Source of the DNA: Octopus bimaculoides
Taxonomy: Eukaryota
Length of the DNA stretch: 64,000 bases
Assembly (NCBI RefSeq): GCF_001194135.2
Contig: NC_068990.1
Coordinates: 4,907,603-4,971,602, forward strand
Reading direction: 5' to 3'
The notes under the pieces were generated by a model, which ran no database searches, was not told the DNA's origin, and saw only the letters and a program-made list of their open reading frames with translations. Positions 52,855-63,854 of this stretch are shown here, piece after piece (within the stretch, counting starts at the first letter, position 1; every line of letters starts with the position of its first letter). Made by a program: the position numbers and the translations under genes.

Positions 52855-53520
52855 CGATTGCGCTGGTATGGACATGTGGTGAGAATGGAGGAGGATAGCT
52901 GCGTGAAAAAGTGCCACACCCTAACAGTTGAGGGAACCCGTGGAAGAGGTAGGCCCAGGAAGACCTGGGCTGAGGTGGTGAGGCAAGACCTTCGTACATT
53001 GGGCCTCACCGAGGCGATGACTACGGACCGAGACCTTTGGAAATGGGCTGTGCGTGAGAAGACCCGGCAAGCCAAGTAAGATCGTTGCCAGTGCCCCTGG
53101 ACTGGTTCTTGTGCGGGTGGCACATGAGATGCACCATTTTGAGCGTGGCCGTTGCCAGTACCGCCTGACTGGCTCCTGTAGGATTTTCGAGCGAGATCGT
53201 TGCCAGTGCCCCTGGACTGGCTTNNNNNNNNNNNNNNNNNNNNNNNNNNNNNNNNNNNNNNNNNNNNNNNNNNNNNGGCTTGTGCGGGTGGCACATAAAA
53301 GACACCATTTCGAGCGTGGCCGTTTTCGTGCGGGTGACACGTAAAAGCACCCACTACACTCTCTGAGTGGTTGGCGTTAGGAAGGGCATCCAGCTGTAGA
53401 AACTCTGCCAAATCAGACTGGAGCCTGGTGTTGCCATCCGGTTTCACCAGTCCTCAGTCAAATCGTCCAACCCATGCTAGCATGGAAAGCGGACGTTAAA
53501 CGATGATGATGATGATGATG
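52855..53520 (+). mobile_element. 5'-truncated young RTE LINE (ORF2 C-terminus plus 3' UTR)
   Basis: Intact frame RLRWYGHVVRMEEDSCVKKCHTLTVEGTRGRGRPRKTW..AK* ends at 53079. The 3' UTR has tandem units, a gap at 53224-53276, and a (GAT)n tail. Confidence 0.95.
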
Positions 53521-53627
53521 AATGTTTTATTAATTCTAGTTTTTGGGGATTTTTTTTGCCTTTTTTGTTTTTTAATAAACGCATACAAACATTATGCACT
53601 TATTAAATTTTAGTAGAAATTTAGAAT

Positions 53628-54549
53628 TACAGGGTGTTCTAACTAAATTTGACAATTTTTTTTTTAGGAACAGCTTGATGTATTGGTGAACAGTCAACGG
53701 CATTGGACAGCATCATGATTAAAGTTGTCATTCAGAAATAGTTAGCTGATATGGAGAATTGGAAGCCATCTAAATATTGGAGAAGAGTTACCTATATCAA
53801 GAAAATTTGAGCTGGGTGCCAAAATGTTGACATGACTGCTCAATGCTCTGTAAATACTGTAACAGCTGTAAGACATAATGTGGACAGTTGTAGAGACATT
53901 ATGTAAGACATTATGTGGACAGAGACTACGAAGCCATGGCCAGCAGCAATGGCCACAGCAAGTGTGCTGACTGTATTAAAATTCCTGAAGTCATCCAGCA
54001 ACTTCAGGAACAGAGCCTTAAACTCAACTCAGATGGTTATGTAAAGCTGCTGGAGATTGTGGTCAAACCGTTGCTGGAGAAGGCTGCTAATGCAAGGCAA
54101 TATGTGTGGTAGTAGGATTCAGCTCCTTACCATACTTCCAGAAAGAGTCAGAAATGGTTGTCAGAGAATTTCTATGACTTCATCAGCCCCAATTTCTGGC
54201 CTCCTAATTCCCTTGGTTATAATCTTATGAACTATTATGCATGGGGCATGGTTGAGAAATACACCAACCTCTCTGCCTGTAACACCAAGGCTGAGCTGGC
54301 AGCCAAGATCAAGGAAGTGTTCAAAGATCTTCCCAGGGACACAGAGAGAGTAATGCTTGCATCAGCTTCTGTAGCTGACTAGCTGACTTGAAGCCATGGT
54401 GGAAGCTGAGGGTAGCTACTTTGAGTAAACTGTTATCTTCCACTCATAGTTGATAGTCTTTTTCTTTTAAATACTTTTGTTTTGGGATGGGATGTTGTGT
54501 TTTCTTTTCCTTTTACACAAACTCTCAAATCTGTCCTGAGCACCTTGTA
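53628..54549 (+). mobile_element. Tc1/mariner DD37D (maT-type) element, internally deleted
   Basis: TA-bounded TIRs match at 17/26 positions. YVW**DSAPYHTS..WPPNSLGYNLMNYYAWG has 37 residues between the second D and the third catalytic position (now N). Confidence 0.88.
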
Positions 54550-54617
54550 TAAATTCTCATAATTCTATTCCAAATAATGTATTATCATAATATTATTGTC
54601 TATTCTTTATTTTAAAG

Positions 54618-54738
54618 GCCAAAGATGAAACACATAATGGACCAGGATACAGGGAGTTTAAACTCGGTACGTAAAGAACCAAAAAAGAGTGAGCGCTTGT
54701 ATAAGGAAAATAAACATGATAGACCAGATTCATCACCA
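54618..54738 (+). other. Candidate 121-nt exon
   Basis: TTCTTTATTTTAAAG| acceptor and CCA|GTAGGT donor, with open frame PKMKHIMDQDTGSLNSVRKEPKKSERLYKENKHDRPDSSP. Unrecognised. Confidence 0.2.
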
Positions 54739-55655
54739 GTAGGTTACATTTGTCTGTTATGAATTTGGTGCATTTATCAATCCTGTTCTATAGAGAACTT
54801 GAAAGGAAGAAAGAAACCAGGAAGAGAGAGAGAGAAGACAAACACTAGTATTACCAGCTGGCTACTTAAATCTAGGACCAATAACTTAAAACTAGGACCC
54901 AATAAGTTATGCCTGTAGGCATTATACCATTTAACCATTTTACGTCCATCGGTATATTTTCAAAATGCAAGAAAAAATAGGTTGAAATATTGTTTGGATT
55001 GCTATTAATCCTTTTACATTCTCATAAGGATTTCTGCTTTGGCACTAAATCCAGTTTTAAGAAGACTTGATCATAGAAACTAAACACTATAACTAAGTAA
55101 TAAAGATTATCTAAAAGGAAGGTAATACTAATATAGCATCAAACTGCATGAGAATTTTAAGTATAAGAAAATACTTAATAAAAGTTGTGTTAAGATATGC
55201 ATAATCAAATACTAATAGTTTTATTAAATTCCTTTTTACTTAATAAACATATAGACTGTGTTTGTGTCATCATACTATCCATACAAGCCCCTCTAATAAG
55301 CATTATCTAGGTTATCACCTAATTGTCTAATTCATGTGTGAAACCAATTGGTTAAATCAGCTGGAATGGATTTACAGTACTGTATGGTATAAAGATTAAC
55401 ACACACACACACACACACACATATATACATATATACACACACACACACACACACAGATTAATTGATTTATAGATCAATATATGCATACATATACTTACAC
55501 TGACAGACGGATCTACGTGTACATTTTCTTTTATTGCTCTCATTTTTTCTTTCCCTCCCCTACATGTTTTCCTTGTCTATCTTATGTTTTGAGAAAGCAC
55601 TTAACATCAAAGACATTTCCCCTTTCTTAATCATTCACTGTTCTTATTTTTATCA

Positions 55656-55695
55656 GACACACGCGCGCACACACACACATACACACGCACGCGCA

Positions 55696-55736
<41 letters not shown>

Positions 55737-55745
55737 GTGTGCACA
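55656..55745. repeat. (CA)n/(CG)n alternating purine-pyrimidine tract
   Basis: Seen directly. Confidence 0.9.
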
Positions 55746-56469
55746 CAATTTATAATAGGGATAATGAGTCAACAAATGACTAAAGTTGATATTAAAATTG
55801 GTCAGAAGTTTTAGGTTGAAATTCTTCATGTTGTTTTTTTGGGGGGGGTTTTCTTTGCATTCTGAGAAAAACATTTTGCTATTTAAGAAAGAGTGTGGCT
55901 AATTATGGAAAAGAGGCACCAGTTTATTCTAGACGGCCTTGTTTGATGCAATCCACTATTAAACATAATTGATAGAGAATTCATGTCTGACCAAATTTGC
56001 AATGACATTCAATTTATATTAGATTAGAATTATTGAACTAAAATAGAAGTCAAAATAATTGAGATTATTCTTTTAATTAATGCCAAAAATAATATTTTGA
56101 AGTAAAACAAAATATGACAGACACTTCGGAAATGAGTAATTGATTGTTACACTTTTCTTTTCAAATATGCTACAAAATACACATTAATTAATTAGCTCTC
56201 TTACTATAATGATATTTGCATATGTTTATTTGCATAGGTCTTATTCTTTAATTAAATAGTGTGACAGTATTTTTCAATATTATTAAGAGTCTGTTGAGTA
56301 AATTCTTGAAAATCACATTCAATAGCAGATAATGCATGCACCATTTGTTAAATAAAATATATGAATAAGGACTAGCTGATGATAACATTCTTAGATTACT
56401 GGCTTAACAAAATTATATTTATCTGAAAGATAACTTGGAAATATATTGCAATCTGAAGATTAGGAAAAT

Positions 56470-56838
56470 GTTTATTCATGTCATTCAGGTGCAGGCATGG
56501 TTGTATGGTAAAAAAAAGTTTTGGGTTCAGTCCTACTGCATGGCTTCTTGGGAAAGTTTTCCACTTGAGCCTTGGGTCAATCAGAGCCTTGTGAGAGTAT
56601 ATGGTAGGCCTATCATGTGTGTGTCTCTGTTTCTTTGTCTTGATATCATGTAATAGTTGTGAGAGTCATCATCAAGTGGTGTCATTCATTTCCAGCCTTT
56701 CAGAAAAATATACCTGGCTGAAAGGAAATATTACTTTACTGGAAGCAGAGGTGAGTTCGTGACATGAAGGGCATCCAGTCATAGAAATTCTGACTCATGC
56801 AAGCATAGAAAAGTGAATATTAAAGCGATGATGATGAT
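56470..56838 (+). mobile_element. SINE with a tRNA-like head and an RTE-derived 3' tail
   Basis: The head resembles 44664. The end GAAGGGCATCCAGTCATAGAAA..AGCATAGAAAAGTG..TAAAGCGATGATGATGAT resembles the RTE tail. Confidence 0.72.
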
Positions 56839-58077
56839 TTACTGAAATAGGTTTCTTCCCCTAAGAGTAACCTTAGAGACTAGTTCTATACTTTATATAA
56901 ATACTATATTTAAATATAACTAAATCTTCATGATTTTTCTTCGCTTTTATCCTGCTGCTTTGATTCATATGTAAAACCAAGCTATTGGCATCTTTTGAAG
57001 TCACACTGGCACCTTATACAATTGGTGAGGATAATGGCAATTTCAGTTGTCCAACAAAGGGACATTATGGACAATCTTTTAGAAGTGTGGAGCTATAAAA
57101 AATGGTTAAGAACACCTACTGTGTTTTAAACTTCCGTAATTTCAATGTAATTATTGAAGCAATTCATTTATATGTTTGTAAAGATAGTTATTTGTAGTTT
57201 AGATTTATATAAGATGCATCTCTTTCTTTCTCACTCTCTCTATCATTCTCCCTCTCATTCTCTCTCATGATGAATTCTTAAACAAATCAATTTTACGCTG
57301 TTAATTGAATTCCTGCATGAAGGAAATGCCTCCATAATCATTCACTTAGAATGGCCGAATTCACTATTCTTCTCCATTCCTTCTCTTGTGAATGATAATT
57401 GCATAAATGATATTAATCCTACACAACAGAAGTACTTCATTCATAGTAATACACACAGAGATTGCATAATAAGATTGTATAAGTAAAGTGAAATAAAAAG
57501 TAGATTTATAACTTATAAACTAGAAAGTGATAAAACTATAAATTGTGTCCAACATTTTTAACACAAGCAGCATAAAGAATAGATACTAAATTATTATGCC
57601 AATCATATTTATAAAAATGTTATATCAAAATTTGAAAATGGATTTGTAACATTTTGTTTGAAGAGGGAAAAAAGAAAGAAATACTCAACTGAATCAAGCC
57701 AAGTATCATACTGATACGTACTTCGAAGACCCAGGAAAAATTCTTTTCAAAAATTGACCCAATAGAATTTGAAACTGAATGTTATAATGATATATTATAA
57801 AATTGATTTAAAAAAAAACATAAAGTATCAGATAAGTGTAATATTTTAATTAGTATAAAATTTCTCTCTTTAACATTTCATAGCAATGAATACTTATTAA
57901 TGACTTCAAATTATCTTCTGGTATTATTTAAGAATGTATTTGGCATTTCCTAGTGCAATATATTTATACATACATACACATAAATATATGTTCTCAGTAA
58001 AAATTTAGCGACACAACAGACTGTAAAAGGGCAAGACAAATGAAAAAATACTAAATAAAAAAAAAATTTAAAAAAAA

Positions 58078-58300
58078 CGATTAACCTACGTACCATGGTT
58101 TCACCTGTTAAAATTTACATAAGTAAATATCTGCAGGATTGTCAGCGTAGTCTGTCGATTTGCGATGTAATTTCCAGAACTAGACACAGGACGTCCAACC
58201 GAAAGGGAGCACGTGTAGAGGTCTACAAATTACATTCAGTGTATCCTTTCAAATGTCTTCAATCTGGCGCGCTAAGTCCGGAAATAATTCTGCAGTTAAT
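58078..58300. promoter_or_regulatory. CpG-retaining patch, candidate promoter or first exon
   Basis: 11 CpG in about 203 bp, an E-box CACGTG and GCGCGC. No TE hallmark recognised. Confidence 0.3.
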
Positions 58301-58431
58301 AAATTTTTGCAGCTAATTTACTGGTTTGAGAACATTATTGTATAAAAATTTATTTATGAAGCTAGAAATTGATATTAATCAATTTGAACCAGTGGTCTAG
58401 CATATTAAAAAAAAATCCGAAGATTAAAATT

Positions 58432-58627
58432 ATATTACATACAAAAATAAGAGGAATGACCAGCAAAAGTGGACTCCTATATGCTAGAAATAGATGCCGA
58501 ATCATCTAACCACGAAAAGTTTTACTGAGAACATATATCTTTTTCGTGGTTAGATGATTCGGCATCTATTTCTAGCATATAAGAGTCCACTTTTGCTGGT
58601 CATTCCTCTTATTTTTGTATGTAATAT
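58432..58627. repeat. 87-bp-arm palindrome with 1 mismatch and a 22-nt spacer
   Basis: 58432-58518 is the reverse complement of 58541-58627 except C58477/A58582. Confidence 0.97.
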
Positions 58628-58642
58628 GCTTAGAGAAGAATA

Positions 58643-58855
58643 TACAAGGCAGTACTGAAAAGTTCCTGGTTTTGGGTAAAAGAAAGGATCAGTTAATTAT
58701 GATTTTATTCAACATATTCCTCTCTCTGATTCACACACTTATTGCAGCGGTCCTTTAGTTTTTCTAAGCCCTGTAAAAGAACTTGGAAGGTTGGGCCTCT
58801 AACCAGGCCTTTCGCTACACTCTTAAAACCAGGAACTTTTCAGTCCCCTCTTGTA
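58643..58855. mobile_element. Mariner-type MITE (~210 bp)
   Basis: TIRs TACAAG-GCAGT/AGGGG-ACTGAAAAGTTCCTGGTTTT at both ends, TA-bounded, with no coding capacity. Confidence 0.92.
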
Positions 58856-58924
58856 TATTCACATGCCTATACTTATACGCATATTTAAAGACTGTGTAAA
58901 TACATGTATTAATATATAACACAC

Positions 58925-59140
58925 TTATGGGCAGTAGATTGTTAGAATTGTTAGGGCACCAAATAAAAAGATTTACAGCTTTTAGTTACAAAATTTTATG
59001 TTCTGCATTCAAATCCTGCCATAGTCAACTTTGACTTTCATTCTTCCAGATTAGTAAAATAAAGTACCATTCAAGGGTACTTTATTTTACTAGCAATTGT
59101 ATCCATCCCCCAAATTTAAGGCTTATGCCTATATTAGAAA
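58925..59140 (+). mobile_element. Decayed SINE of the 32138 family
   Basis: TTCAAATCCTGCCATAGTCAACTTTGACTTTCAT..TAAAATAAAGTACC..CCCCCAAATTT..GCCTATATTAGAAA. Confidence 0.72.
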
Positions 59141-60073
59141 TCTGATTCTAAATAAAGTATTTAGCTTCCTTCTGGAGAAATTTCAGTAATCCATTCCACC
59201 ATAGATTGTAAAAATTGGCAAATTTCAACACTGCTGCAATTATCAGAATTCCTAAATTTAAAGAGAGAGCAAAGTTGAAAACTATTAACTGTAAAATGTG
59301 TAGATGGTTCTAAATAATTAATTAAATCCTGCCATGGATAATTTAAGTATGTAAGTCTGGAGAAATTTCAGAAATTCTTGATTATCTGAAAGAGTATAAA
59401 ATTCTGAAATTTGAAGTGGTAACAAGGTTAAAAACTATTGACTCTAAATATGCAAATAATCTTAATTAAAGAAAGACCCAACTGTATAGGTGGAGGATTT
59501 GGGAAATTTCAGAAAATCTACTCGATCTGAAATTCATGGAATGCTGCTGATATCCCAAATTTTATGCAAGAATAAAGTTTAAATCTATCAATTCTAGAAT
59601 ATGCAAATGGATTTTAAATAAAGAATTAATGTATACCCCAGCTGATTTATTTGTGTAATACTGGAGATAATACAGAAAATTGAGCTTATCTGAAAATCTT
59701 GCAATTATTAACAAGATTGCTTACAACAGACTTCATAAATTTGAAGAGACAACAAATGATTGCAGCAATTAAAGGCAAAAATTTAGTATTTTAAAATGTG
59801 CAAATGGTCATAAATTAAGAATTAATGCTTTCAAAGTTCAACAGGTGAGGAATCACCGGAGTTTTTAAATTTAAAAATTACTAATTCCAAAATGTGCAGA
59901 TGACCTTAAATAAAGAATTCAAAATTTCCTTGGTTGATCTATATATTTGTTATGAAATTTCATCAATTCTGCACTAAGAGAAAAATGATGATTATCAGAA
60001 TTCCTAAATTTGAAGCAAAGCATGTTTGAAAATTATCAAATCAAAACTTTGATTAAATCAAATCTTTGCCAAG

Positions 60074-60930
60074 CTAGCATGTGGTAAAAAGCTTGCTTTC
60101 CAACCACATGGTTCTGGATTCAGTCCAACTGTGTGGTACCTTAGGCAAATGTCTTCTACTATAGCATTGGGCCAACCAAAGCCTTGTGAGTGGATATGGT
60201 AGACAGAAACTGGAAGCAGCTGTCTTTTTTTTTTTTTTAGTCGAATAAATCAACCCCCAGGACTTGTTCTTTGTGGGCCTTGTGCTTATTCTGTCGGTCT
60301 CTTTTGTTGAACCCCTAAGTTGTGGGGATGTAAACACAGCAACATCGGTTGTCAGGCGATGGTGGCGGGGACAAACACAGACACGCAAACACACACACAC
60401 ATATATATGTCAGTGGCATGTTAAAAGCACCATTCGAGTGTGATCATGGCCAGTGCCACCTGACTGGCTCCTGTGCTGGTGACATATAAAAAGCAACATT
60501 CAACCAGCTGACTGGCCCCATACCAGTGGCATGTAAAAAGCACCAACTACACACTCGGAGTGGTTGGCGTTAGGAAAGTCACTCAGCTGTAGATTGGAGC
60601 CTGGTGCAGTCTTTTGGCTTGCCAGCCCTCAGTCAAACTGTCCAACCCATGCCAGCATGGAAAGCGGACGTTAAACTATGATGATTATGATGAGGATGTA
60701 TACATTTATGCATGTCTTTGTGTCTGTGTTTGTCCCCTCCACCATCCCTTGAAAACCAATGTTGATGAATTTAGATTCCCATAACTTAGCAGTTTGGCAA
60801 AAGAGACTGATAGAACAAGCTTACAAAGATTAAGTCCTGGGGTTGATTTCTTCGACTAAAAAAAACTTTAAAGGTGGTGCTCCTGCATGTCCTCAGTCAA
60901 ATGATTGAAACGAGTGAAAGAATAAAGGAA
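60074..60930 (+). mobile_element. Nested SINE cluster inside the array
   Basis: Plus-strand SINE head at 60074-60225 and its tail at 60700-60930. Between them lie a minus-strand SINE 3' half (60240-60405) and an RTE-tail copy (60410-60698). Confidence 0.82.
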
Positions 60931-62174
60931 TAAACTCATTCAGGGGAGATGAGGGATTTCTGAAATACTACCCTGTGATGAAATTTGAAATAAAAAGTTG
61001 AAAATCATCATTTATAAAACAAGCTACTGGTCCCAGATAAAAGCTTTAAGGTTATCTGAGATAATTTTAAATTGTATCATGAGGGCAATTTCAATAATAT
61101 TTGTTACCCCTTGGGTAATTTATATCTGTATGACTGAAGAAAGTTCAGAGATTCTACCATATCTTGTTGTTGAGGAAGAAACATGTTCACAACAGTTCTT
61201 TTCTTTTTTTTTTTACAGAAAATAATCAGAAATGGTTATTGTGAAGAGAAAATTATATTTGATGAATTCTGCTACGACCATTTCAAATGGAATCTAATAA
61301 CTTATTTCTATAGAATATAATGCAACTTCCTCTTGAAATTAAAGTATTTCTTGTTTGTCTAAAACTCATTAAAAATTTCCAAATTTTAACAGATCAGAAG
61401 TCTTCAGAATTTCCAAAGCTGAAACAGCAATAATGTCGAAGAGTCATTAATTGTAAAATGTGCTGATCATCCTAAATAAAGAATCAACACTTAACCTGGA
61501 TGATTGAACTCATGAAGACTTGAGAGTTTAAAGAAATGTTCTTCTATCTCATGAAAATATGTTCATTAGAACATCCAAAATTGAACTAACAAAGAAATCT
61601 ATCAATTTCCAAATGTGCAGGTTACTGAACATGAAGGATTAAAGTTTATCCTGTACTTATTTAAAACTAGAAATATTTCCAATATTTTACACTGTCTAAA
61701 AATCCTATAAGTCTCAACAGGACTGCTATTATCAGAATGCCTAAATTATTAGTAATGACACAGTTGAAAATTATTCTAAAATGTGAAGATAGTTGCATAC
61801 AAAGAATGTAAATCTGAAAAAGTCCCAGAATTTCTACTCTATCTGAAAGTCACAAATAATAGCAAATTTCAACACAAGTGCAGTCATATGAATTCCCAAA
61901 TTCAAAAATATATTATAAATAGAAATTTCTAAAATGTACTGGTGGCCTTAAATGAAGAACTGATTACCTAATTTACATTTGTAAAATTGGAAAAATTCAG
62001 AAATTCTAGGCTTCAGGAAATTCATCAATATCTCTAGTACTGTTATCTTCAGAACTTCGAAATAATAAATCTGAAATTCATCAATTCTAAAATCTGTAAA
62101 CAATGATAAATAAAGACTTAAAATTGTTTTGCAACTGGCTTAAATGTACAAAATAGAAAAAAAGATTGATAATT

Positions 62175-62415
62175 GACAAGTCCCTTAACCCATGAGGGCT
62201 GTTGGGGCACTTCAACCATGCAGTGTATCAAAGGTGAGAAAGTCTGGCAGAGCCCATCCTTCTCCAGGCTAAACTCATTTCTACAGCTGAGTGGACTGGA
62301 GCAATATGAAATGAAGTGTTTGGCTCAAGAACACAATGGAACACCTGATCCAGTAATTGAAACTACAATCTTACGGTCATGAATTCAACACCTTAACCAC
62401 TAAGCAATGCAACTT
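62175..62415 (-). mobile_element. tRNA-derived SINE inserted in the array
   Basis: Reverse complement of a tRNA-like head (..AATTGAAACTACAATC..CCTTAACCACTAAGC). The body CTACAGCTGAGTGGACTGGAGCAA is shared with this SINE group. Confidence 0.78.
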
Positions 62416-63854
62416 CACTAAAAAAAAACAAAAAAACTGCTAATTGCTAATTCTAAAATATGCTGACCATGCTAAGTAAAGAACTAAAGTTAACCCAACA
62501 AATTTTAAATGGTAAGACAAAAGCAATTGCAATATCTTTAGCTTGCATGAAAATCATAAACATTTTAAGATTTTAACAGACCAGTAGTTACCAAAATTTC
62601 CAAATTTGAAGCAGCAATAAACTCAAACAAATTATGTCTAAAATGTGCAGATCATGCTAAATAAAGTGTTAAAGCTTGCTTCAGCATACTGAAATTAGTA
62701 AGACTATAGAAACTATAGAAATTCTCTGAGAAATCATGAAAATTTGAAAATTTCAATGGATCCTCATTCATCTAAATTCTCAAAATTAAACTGAAATTTA
62801 TCAATTCTAAAATGTGCAGATGGCCCCAAAGAAAGAATAAAATCCTGTCATGGGTAATTTAAATGAGTAGAGAGAGTTCACAAAATCCTTTTTTCTATAA
62901 AACTCATGAAAAAGTTCAAATTTCAACACAACAGCAGTTATCATTGCAGAATTCCCAAGTTTGATGTAAAATAAAAGTTAGAAACTATCAATGCTAAAAT
63001 GTGCAGATGGTTCTAAAAGACTTAAAGTTTGCCTTAAGTAATTTATATCTGTATGACTGAAGAAAGTTCAGAGATTCTACCATATCTTAAAAACATAGAA
63101 TTTTCAGTAGTCACTATCATTAAAATTAAAAGAAGCAATAAAGTTGAAAATAATCAATTCTACTGGAGAAATTACAAGAAATTAGTCCTAGCTGAAAATC
63201 TAGGAAATTTGCAACTTTTGAGAGTTTCACTGTCATCGAAATTCCCCAATGTGAAGTAATATCAAAATTTACCACCACCAATTCTTAAATGTGCAAATGT
63301 TCCTAACTAAAGAATTAAAGCTAAGCTTCCCCTTAATGTATGCAAGAGTGTCAGGTGGGGGAAATCAGGAAAATATCAACAAGAAAGCTGCCAAGAGAAT
63401 TCCCACATTTTAATTAGAAATAAAGTTGAAAATTTTTAAAAGTGTAGATAGTCCCCAAGAATTGAAGTCTGCTTCATCTGATTTAAATGTAAAAGTATAG
63501 ATATTTTAAAAACTCTCCTTCACCTGAATAATCATGAAAATTTCCACATATCAACAAGTTAGCAATAACGAAGTCCAACATTTTCAATAATGAAATGTGC
63601 AGAGCATCCTAAGTTGTGAATTAGAACTTATTCTGTCTCATTTAAACTAGTGACAGTGACAAAGTTTTAGAAATTTTGCCATGTCCACATTTATTGATGT
63701 TATTTCAAATTTGAATTAATGATGATGTTGAAAATTATGAATTCAGAAATGTGAATATAAGTAAAGAATTTAAGCTTATCAGACTGATTTAGCTGTGTAA
63801 CACTGGGAATATTTTGTAAAATCTACGCCATAAAAATCTGAAAAATTATCAATT

